DNA from: Verrucomicrobiota bacterium | GTDB lineage: Bacteria; Verrucomicrobiota; Verrucomicrobiia; Opitutales; Coraliomargaritaceae | Direction of reading: 5' to 3' | Assembly (NCBI GenBank): GCA_039815375.1 | Contig: JBCBZJ010000016.1 | Span: forward strand, 13,913-77,912 | Length of the DNA stretch: 64,000 nt | In this document: one piece after another, positions 53,338 through 64,000 of the stretch | How positions within the stretch are numbered: position 1 is the stretch's first letter | How the letters are laid out: every line of letters begins with the position of its first letter | The notes under the pieces: model-generated | What the model was told of the DNA's origin: nothing | The model's input: the letters and a program-made list of their open reading frames with translations, nothing else | The model's database searches: none | Translations under genes and position numbers: made by a program

Positions 53338-53482
53338 AATGTAAACGATCTTGTCATTTCAATATCACGTAGAGGGCAGAAGGTCTGCTGTCTCTCCTTC
53401 AGGAGCGCAATGATTGCACTTTTGAATGAGCATAAAGGGCAATAGTTACTTCAGGCAGGCACACTGGACTGTTGGAGCGCCG

Positions 53483-55027
53483 CTATTTTAAAGCCTTCGA
53501 ACGAAAAAGCGTCAACCCGAGCCAGGTGGCTGCAGATGCAATCAGCACAAGATTTGTGATCGCAAAACTCGGCGCGACCCAACTGGCTGCACTCCAGGGC
53601 CAGGCTCTCTGAAATAACCCGTCAAGCACCGGAATCAGCCCAAGAAGAATCATGCTAGACCGAAAAATCCACTTCCGGCAAGCTGCCCCAGTGCCGAAAA
53701 TGAATATAGCTAGTCCAATGCTGACCCAGGCTCCATGAAAAATCCACATTTCTACAATACCGCGCTCAGGCACTGAGTATGGAAGGAGGCGATTGGCCCA
53801 GGCATAGATCCCAATAGCTGGTAACATTCCGAGAGCAAATCCGTCGAACAAGCGCTCAAAAATACCTGTAGCTCTTGGCAAATCACGCTTCTTGCGAATG
53901 ACCCAGAGGCGCGCCCCCGCGTAAGTCAACAGAGCCAATAAAATCCCTCCGAGAAAGAAAATGAATCGTCCGAAATAGCCACCAATGTGGCCGAAATGCA
54001 GCTGGAAGGCCATCATCAGGACCTGCAGTCCACCGGGCGCATTTTCGCTGCCGATGACCTGAATCGATTCCGGCCCTTCATACAAACCGAAGGTCACTTC
54101 ACCCCGTTCGCCAGAAGCCTCTAGATAGTGGGCATGGAGCTCTGCCGCCTGATCGAAAGGCTGCTGCATCGATAAGTCTATGAGCGTCGCATCGTCGGGT
54201 ATGTTCTCTGATGCAGCCTCCAGAAACGGATCAAGTGGTGGTAACGCATCCACCAGCTTGCCGGCAAACTCAGCAGGCGGCTCACGCCCGAGCAATTCCT
54301 GAAGCGCCTTATCCTGATCACCTCCAAAGGCCAAAATGACAACTAAAGGCAGTGCAATCGTATTCAAACCGAAGAGTGCACCCGTCGCACCGTAGACGAA
54401 GTGGAGCGGCAGCGTCAGCGTGCCTGCCACCGTGTGTAGCCAACTCTGGAAAGCACGCGCGCCCGAACCGCCCCACCCTTTGAATTGTGAAATCAGTTTT
54501 TTTCGATGGATGTAGACACCACTCACCGTCGCGGCGAACCAAAGCAGCGCAATAAAACCTGAGATGTATAGCCCCATCGGCAGCGGACGCAGATAGTGCC
54601 AATGGTAGATCAGCATCGCGAGTTTCGTCGAAACTGTATTCTCCTCAATCAGGCTCCCATTATTCGGGTTCAGTAAAAGCTCCTCGGCATCACTCTGCCC
54701 TTCGAGGAACCACCGTAAACGCACAGCTGGCGAATAGTCCGTAGGGAAGTAAATCGAGAGGCTACGAGCGTCCTGCGGAACCTTTTGTATCTCGGAGGCC
54801 AACATCGCATCGACCGAGTCCAGCTTTTCCGGAACCTCAAATCGTAGCGCCGGTGTATGCCAGACAACCAACTCGTTGCGGTAGAAACTAATTGTGCCGG
54901 CGACCAAGATGACGAAAAGCGGAATTAGAATAAAAATGCCAGCCAGACTATGCGCCTCATACCAACGCGTATTCAAGCCAGGCACTTTCATCGGCTTCGA
55001 TACCGGATCTTTTTTCTCACGAGCCAT
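53483..55027 (-). CDS. PepSY-associated TM helix protein (iron-regulated membrane protein family)
   Basis: HSLAG..GTISFY; conserved His in WHY, LHTVAG and LHFGH; TGATG coupling with the upstream gene sets the start at 55027. Confidence 0.88.
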   Translation of the reverse strand: MAREKKDPVSKPMKVPGLNTRWYEAHSLAGIFILIPLFVILVAGTISFYRNELVVWHTPALRFEVPEKLDSVDAMLASEIQKVPQDARSLSIYFPTDYSPAVRLRWFLEGQSDAEELLLNPNNGSLIEENTVSTKLAMLIYHWHYLRPLPMGLYISGFIALLWFAATVSGVYIHRKKLISQFKGWGGSGARAFQSWLHTVAGTLTLPLHFVYGATGALFGLNTIALPLVVILAFGGDQDKALQELLGREPPAEFAGKLVDALPPLDPFLEAASENIPDDATLIDLSMQQPFDQAAELHAHYLEASGERGEVTFGLYEGPESIQVIGSENAPGGLQVLMMAFQLHFGHIGGYFGRFIFFLGGILLALLTYAGARLWVIRKKRDLPRATGIFERLFDGFALGMLPAIGIYAWANRLLPYSVPERGIVEMWIFHGAWVSIGLAIFIFGTGAACRKWIFRSSMILLGLIPVLDGLFQRAWPWSAASWVAPSFAITNLVLIASAATWLGLTLFRSKALK

Positions 55028-55362
55028 CAATCGATCCAGATTAAAGTGTTCAGCGACCAAGTCATCCCGGCAACAATCAGCGCAAGTAAAAACAGCAGCC
55101 CCAACGTTCGCCACTGTCGTTTCGCACCGATCAGATAATTAAGAAAAGCACCACCTACAAGTGGGGCAACTATCACAGCCAGCCCAAGTGAAGCTGAACG
55201 ATCAAAAGGCGTCAACGCAGTTAAGAGCAGACAAAACGCAGTGCCCAAAATGATTGAAAGCAAGCAAGCAAGTGGAAGAAACAGCACCGGCAAGTGGAGC
55301 CGCCATGTCGTGCGCACCTTTTTACTTCCTCCTTTATTGGTTCCTACCGCTGATTTACCCAT
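55027..55362 (-). CDS. Small three-TM membrane protein, partner of the PepSY-TM gene
   Basis: Hydrophobic 111-aa ORF coupled to the PepSY-TM gene. Confidence 0.7.
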   Translation of the reverse strand: MGKSAVGTNKGGSKKVRTTWRLHLPVLFLPLACLLSIILGTAFCLLLTALTPFDRSASLGLAVIVAPLVGGAFLNYLIGAKRQWRTLGLLFLLALIVAGMTWSLNTLIWID

Positions 55363-55373
55363 CGCACACGCTC

Positions 55374-55390
55374 TTGAGTTTCAGTCTCAA
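55374..55390. promoter_or_regulatory. 17-bp palindromic operator copy
   Basis: TTGAGTTTCAGTCTCAA about 11 bp upstream of ATG 55362 (15/17 match). Confidence 0.7.
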
Positions 55391-55487
55391 ATACAGTCCC
55401 CAGCGAGCAGTCAAGAGTAGTCAAAGCCGATGAACCAATTCCTGCTTCGAATCAGCCAAATCAGACGCAATCCAGACCGGATAAACT

Positions 55488-59213
<3,726 letters not shown>

Positions 59214-59367
59214 GAAAACTATATAAGGCGCGTGTTGGAGGGTAGAAAAGCCGACTAGAAGAAGCCTCGATTACTAGCCCCGCAACCCTAAAACAATGCT
59301 GAGAAACAGTTGCCAGCGCCGAATGCCCGGTTAGGCTTTTACTCAATAACGGAAACCCCTTTCTTTC

Positions 59368-60222
59368 ATGAATTTGCCAACAGATACCTGCTCAGACGAC
59401 TGGCCTTTAAAGGCCTATAAAAATCTCGATTTCCTCAACAGCGGTGACGCACGCAACATCCGTGTCCTTTGCGAATTGACCGAACCGGGAATCCGCTTCG
59501 AAGAGGAAAAAATCAAGGACACCATCGTGCTCTTCGGATCAGCCAGAACCCGTCCCACCGAAAAGGCGGAAGCAAAGCTGAAAGCGATCGAGGCTTCGAT
59601 TGAAGATATTGCAAATCCAACGCCGGCTCAGGCGCGCGAGCTCCACTATGCCCGAGCCAATGCAAAAGCGGCTAAATACTACGATGCTGCAGCGAATCTG
59701 GCCGAAAGGCTGACTACCTGGTCGATGAGCCTGAAGTGTTCGGAGGGAAGTTGCCCTTATACAATTTGCTCAGGCGGTGGACCCGGAATCATGGAAGCAG
59801 CCAACCTTGGCGCAGAGCGAGCAGGCGGTAAATCAATTGGCCTGGGGATTAGCCTACCCTTTGAACAAGATGTAAATCGCTATATCCCAAAGGAGCTGAA
59901 GTTCGAATTTCACTACTTCTTCGTCCGCAAATTCTGGTTCGTTTCCATGGCCAAAGCACTGGTAACGTTTCCCGGTGGCTTCGGCACAATGGATGAGCTC
60001 TTCGAAACACTTACACTCGTTCAGACTATGAAAATTAAGGAAAAACCGGTAATTGTTCTATTCGGTGCCGAATTCTGGAACAGTGTGTTCGATTTTGACG
60101 CACTCGTTGAATGGGGAACCATTTCGCCAGAGGACAAAGACCTCTTCAAGATCATTGACGATGTCGACGAAGCAGCCGACTACGTCATCAACGGGCTGAA
60201 AGAGCGCTACCTAAAACAGTAG
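59368..60222 (+). CDS. LOG-family (TIGR00730-like) nucleotide phosphoribohydrolase
   Basis: SGGGPGIMEAAN, FHYFFVRK and PGGFGTMDE. Confidence 0.9.
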   Translation: MNLPTDTCSDDWPLKAYKNLDFLNSGDARNIRVLCELTEPGIRFEEEKIKDTIVLFGSARTRPTEKAEAKLKAIEASIEDIANPTPAQARELHYARANAKAAKYYDAAANLAERLTTWSMSLKCSEGSCPYTICSGGGPGIMEAANLGAERAGGKSIGLGISLPFEQDVNRYIPKELKFEFHYFFVRKFWFVSMAKALVTFPGGFGTMDELFETLTLVQTMKIKEKPVIVLFGAEFWNSVFDFDALVEWGTISPEDKDLFKIIDDVDEAADYVINGLKERYLKQ

Positions 60223-60274
60223 AGTCCAAAACAGGCGCCCGTTCAACTTTGCTCCCGGACTAATTCGGCACAAG

Positions 60275-61261
60275 TCAGGATAAACCGGGCTGATAAGCAT
60301 CGTGAAGCCGCAGCAATCCAACTAATTTCCCGGAATCACGTTCCAGCACAGGAAGTACTGATATCTGCGAAGGGCGCTCCTCCATCATGCGAACTGCTTC
60401 GCCGAGGCTCATTTCGGGATGAGTGGCAATGGGCAAGGCCGTCATACAACTACCCACTTCGCGTTCAAGGATATTGCCATCCCCGGAGAGGAGACGTCGC
60501 ACATCACCGTCTGTGATCAAACCTTCAAGTTGACCCTCGACATTGATCACACAGGCCGCTCCCCAGGGATGCTCCGTCATACGTATGACTACGTCGCGCA
60601 GGGTCTCTCCAGGTTGGGCACATGCAACCGTATCGACGGCATGCATCACATCCTGGACCTTCATCAAAAGGTTCCTTCCGATTTGTCCTCCAGGATGGTA
60701 AGTCGCAAAATCCTCAGCGGTAAAGTCACGGGCATGAACCAGAGCGGCAGCAAGCGCGTCACCGATGGCCAGGCTGACAGTTGAGCTCGAAGTCGGCATG
60801 AGATTCAGCGGATCTGCTTCCTTTTCAACGCTTGCATCGATGACAATGTCGGCTGCATCCGCAATCGGCGACTGAGTGTTGCCAATGATCGCAATCACGG
60901 GAGATTTAAATCTCTTAAACATCGGCATAAGCCGCAACACTTCCGCACTACTGCCACTCTTCGAAAGCACAATCGTAGGGTCGCCGGGTTGATACACGCC
61001 AAGGTCACCGTGAATTGCTTCCGCAGCATGGAGAAAAACTGCGGGCTGCCCGGAACTGGAAAAAGTGGCGGCAAGTTTGCTACCAATGTGGCCGGACTTG
61101 CCGATTCCACAAATCACGAGCTTCGACTGACACGCCAACATTGTGGCGACGGCCTTTTCAAAGGCTTCACCCATACGCTCTGCTGCAATTTGAATCGCCA
61201 CTGACTCAGCCAACATGGCCTGGCGGCCAGTCTTAAGATAAGATGCAGGTTCTTGTTTCAC
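60275..61261 (-). CDS. kdsD: KpsF/GutQ arabinose-5-phosphate isomerase
   Basis: GIGKSGHIG, EAIHGDLG, HPGG and two CBS domains. Confidence 0.9.
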   Translation of the reverse strand: MKQEPASYLKTGRQAMLAESVAIQIAAERMGEAFEKAVATMLACQSKLVICGIGKSGHIGSKLAATFSSSGQPAVFLHAAEAIHGDLGVYQPGDPTIVLSKSGSSAEVLRLMPMFKRFKSPVIAIIGNTQSPIADAADIVIDASVEKEADPLNLMPTSSSTVSLAIGDALAAALVHARDFTAEDFATYHPGGQIGRNLLMKVQDVMHAVDTVACAQPGETLRDVVIRMTEHPWGAACVINVEGQLEGLITDGDVRRLLSGDGNILEREVGSCMTALPIATHPEMSLGEAVRMMEERPSQISVLPVLERDSGKLVGLLRLHDAYQPGLS

Positions 61262-61270
61262 AGTAGATAT

Positions 61271-61308
61271 AAAAAAGCCGCTCCCGTATAACGAAAGCGG
61301 CTAAAAAA
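61271..61308 (-). terminator. Intrinsic terminator-like hairpin
   Basis: AAAAAAGCCGCT...AGCGGCT inverted repeat with a T-run on the minus strand. Confidence 0.6.
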
Positions 61309-61321
61309 GTCTATAGACAGC

Positions 61322-61579
61322 TTAATAATCCTTCAAGGTGATCAAACCCCAGAGGAGTGTTACTTTATTACCGCTGAAATTCTTTCGAGAGACGACCTCA
61401 TCAGAGCTAACAGCAATGGTCGATGCGCCGCTTGGCGAATAATCTTCTGTCTCGACCTTGGCAATACCAAGCAGGTTAGCTTCATTTGGGCCCATTTGCG
61501 AACGACCCTTGTCGACACAACCAGTTGTGCAGAGTGCTGCGGTTAGAATAGTGAAGAGAACAATAGTTTTAATGCGCAT
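61322..61579 (-). CDS. Small hypothetical lipoprotein
   Basis: MRIKTIVLFTILTAALCTTGC lipoprotein-type signal. Confidence 0.65.
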   Translation of the reverse strand: MRIKTIVLFTILTAALCTTGCVDKGRSQMGPNEANLLGIAKVETEDYSPSGASTIAVSSDEVVSRKNFSGNKVTLLWGLITLKDY

Positions 61580-61650
61580 GTTGGTAAAAGGGATACAAAA
61601 CAATTCGAAAACGTAGCAGTCGCAGCGGAAGCATGGCAAGTGTTTTTGCG

Positions 61651-62400
61651 CTATTCTTCATCGCTCAATAGATCATCCGCCAATTCCATATTGGAGTGAA
61701 CGGCTTTGACATCTTCAAGGTCATCCAACTTATCGATCAGATGCAGTGCTTTTCGCGCGGTATCTTTGTCCTCAACTGGAACGGTAATGTTCGGGAGGTA
61801 TGCCAATTCCGACGAGTCCGTTTCAATTTCTTTTTCACTGAGAGCCTGAGACAGCGAGTCATACTCACTCATCGGGCAAATCACCTCATAGTGGTCTTCT
61901 TCGTTTTTGATGTCTTCCGCGCCGGACTCCAAGGCTAGATCCATCAGTGCCTCTTCGTCGATTTGCTTCGAATCAATAATGAACTGGCCCTTGCGGTCGA
62001 ATTGGAAAGCCACCGCTCCGACACCAGCAAGGTTGCCTCCGTGCTTCGACATCGTGCTGCGCACTTCAGAAGCAGAACGGTTCTTGTTGTCTGTGGTAAC
62101 CTCAACAATTAATCCAACGCCTCCGGCAGCATAGCCCTCATAAACGATTTCTTCATAGGTAACGCCGGGCAGCTCTCCGGTCCCCTTTTTAATTGCACGA
62201 TCAATATTATCCGCCGGCATATTGGCTGCCTTCGCCTTTTGAATGCAGGTGCGCAAGCGTGGATTAAAGTCCGAATCGCCCCCACCGTCACGTGCAGCGA
62301 GGGTGAGGTCTTTGCTTAGTACGCTAAAGAGTTTGCCGCGCTTGGCGTCGGCTGCACCTTTCGCGCGTTTGATGGTGGCCCATTTACTATGTCCTGACAT
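61651..62400 (-). CDS. yebC: YebC/PmpR-family protein
   Basis: MSGHSKWATIKR, YEGY and TDNKNR motifs. Confidence 0.96.
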   Translation of the reverse strand: MSGHSKWATIKRAKGAADAKRGKLFSVLSKDLTLAARDGGGDSDFNPRLRTCIQKAKAANMPADNIDRAIKKGTGELPGVTYEEIVYEGYAAGGVGLIVEVTTDNKNRSASEVRSTMSKHGGNLAGVGAVAFQFDRKGQFIIDSKQIDEEALMDLALESGAEDIKNEEDHYEVICPMSEYDSLSQALSEKEIETDSSELAYLPNITVPVEDKDTARKALHLIDKLDDLEDVKAVHSNMELADDLLSDEE

Positions 62401-62640
62401 GATGAGGTGAGGGGTTGTATGATTTAATAAAAAACAAGCAATCCATATATGCTAAGGAAAATAACTCTAGCTCATAAATCCAAATCGACATAATAGCGCA
62501 CCTGATCTGTTCGACTGAAAAACCGATCTCTCAAAAATCACATGGCACGATCGGGTGCATTCATTTCGCAATCTCCTCTGTTAACTTGAGCATCCTATCA
62601 CCCACAGTGGAATTTATTTAAGATGTCTTCAAAATGTAAT

Positions 62641-64000
62641 TCATTTTAATACGTTAGGATTCTCATTTGCCAGCACTTCTGACAACTTTGCAGCAATTTC
62701 CGGATACTGATCGATCACGTTACGACTTTCGCCGATGTCGTCTCTAAGGTTATAGAGCGTCGGCCCGGTGGTGCGACGTTCCGGTGGTGCCACGTGATAC
62801 CTCTCCTTTTTGTGGTATTTCCAATCGCCATAACGCACAGCGGACTGACCAAAGAAAAAATACTCATAGGGGCTTTCTGCACCAGCTTTGTCAGTCAAAA
62901 GGTCGATAATATTTTTCCCATCGAGCGGCATCACTCTAGGAAGTTCAGCCCCGGTAATATGAGCAATTGTAGGCATTAGATCCATCGTGGTTGCGATCTC
63001 GGAGCAAATCGAGCCAGCCGGTATTTTGTTCGGCCATTGCATCACGGCAGGCACTCGCTGCCCACCCTCGAAATTAGTGTGTTTCCCTTCAAAAAGTGGG
63101 AGTGCACTACCCCCATGGTCACCTTTGATCAACCAGGGTCCGTTGTCTGAGGTAAACACGACCAGCGTATTCTCGGCAACACCCAGCTCGTCCAGATGCT
63201 TGAGGATGCGACCCGTATTGTAATCGATTTCCTCGATAACGTCTCCGTAGATTCCCCGTGCACTCTTGCCTTGAAAATCCGGCGACGCGAAGAGCGGCGT
63301 GTGAGGCATTGAATTGGCGAGATAGAGAAAGAAGGGGCTCCCGACATCAACACACTCTGATATGAATTTTATGCCTTCGGTCGCAAAGCGATGGGTGATC
63401 GTCGATTGATCTGCGGGAAACTCGACACACTCTTCGTCCCGCATCAAGGGCACTTTGTTTTTCATTGTCATCGGATTGCCGTAGCGTAATTTGCCTGCGA
63501 AAACTGCTTTTAGTGTTTCGGGACTATGGCCCTCGCGAAAAACGCAGTTGGCGGCATACTTCATCTCACTCGCAGGAAACATGTCGTTACTATATGGAAT
63601 GCCATAGTAGGAGTCGAAACCCTGGCTGGTCGGGAGATATTTGGGCTTGTCACCCAAATGCCACTTACCAACCGCAGCGGTCGCGTATCCTACAGTTTTC
63701 AAAACCTCGGCAATGGTGACATACTTTGGATCGAGTCCTCCTGGACGATCTGGCCAAAAGACTCCTCTTACACCGACACGCAATGGATAGCAGCCAGTCA
63801 ACAAGGAGGCCCGTGATGCGCAGCAAACGGGCGAAGCCACATAGAAATCGGTAAACCGCATCCCTCGGTCTGCAATCTGATCGATGTTCGGCGTTTTAAT
63901 GTCCGGCGAACCAAAACAACCCAGGTCCTGATAACCTTGGTCGTCGTTAAAAATTATGATAATATTTGGTTTCGATTCAACTCGAAGTGCGCCTACCAGA
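62641..64000 (-). CDS. Sulfatase (S1 family), 5'-partial
   Basis: Frame extends to the window end (KPNIIIIFNDDQGYQDLG..TPNID); CCASRASLLTG, GKWHLG and FTSDNG motifs. Confidence 0.93.
   Translation of the reverse strand, partial: LVGALRVESKPNIIIIFNDDQGYQDLGCFGSPDIKTPNIDQIADRGMRFTDFYVASPVCCASRASLLTGCYPLRVGVRGVFWPDRPGGLDPKYVTIAEVLKTVGYATAAVGKWHLGDKPKYLPTSQGFDSYYGIPYSNDMFPASEMKYAANCVFREGHSPETLKAVFAGKLRYGNPMTMKNKVPLMRDEECVEFPADQSTITHRFATEGIKFISECVDVGSPFFLYLANSMPHTPLFASPDFQGKSARGIYGDVIEEIDYNTGRILKHLDELGVAENTLVVFTSDNGPWLIKGDHGGSALPLFEGKHTNFEGGQRVPAVMQWPNKIPAGSICSEIATTMDLMPTIAHITGAELPRVMPLDGKNIIDLLTDKAGAESPYEYFFFGQSAVRYGDWKYHKKERYHVAPPERRTTGPTLYNLRDDIGESRNVIDQYPEIAAKLSEVLANENPNVLK

Overview
Bacterial chromosomal window, most likely from Verrucomicrobiota (Opitutales-like); this is inferred from the PEP-CTERM proteins, the sulfatase, TSP3-type secreted proteins and protein style. 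From left to right it contains: (1) an ECF sigma / putative anti-sigma pair heading two secreted proteins, the last of which runs off the window; (2) tRNA-His followed by a structured unit that duplicates its 3' end; (3) a circularly permuted ATP-grasp / alpha-E / transglutaminase operon and an MCE (Mla/Pqi-type) ABC operon; (4) housekeeping genes (sufS, RluA family, maf, TolC family, nadE, hemL, dnaG, rpoD, tatA, rnr); (5) an accessory block of about 22 kb between rnr and smc centred on iron acquisition; (6) smc, a LOG-family gene, kdsD, yebC and a partial sulfatase. The accessory block holds a DUF6607-like lipoprotein, a PhrB-like photolyase without FeS cysteines, a nitroreductase, a TonB-dependent receptor with three secreted proteins (two PEP-CTERM), an azurin-like lipoprotein, a TtpB/C/D-type TonB2 system, a FecI/FecR/transducer receptor set and a PepSY-TM protein. 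The most interesting signals are a recurring 17-bp palindrome (TTGAGACT[C/G]AGTCTCAA-like) in front of the iron genes and the PEP-CTERM/receptor module, and a shared candidate ECF promoter upstream of fecR and its receptor. No CRISPR array, rRNA or transposase was seen. All family calls are by motif recognition by eye, without database searches.
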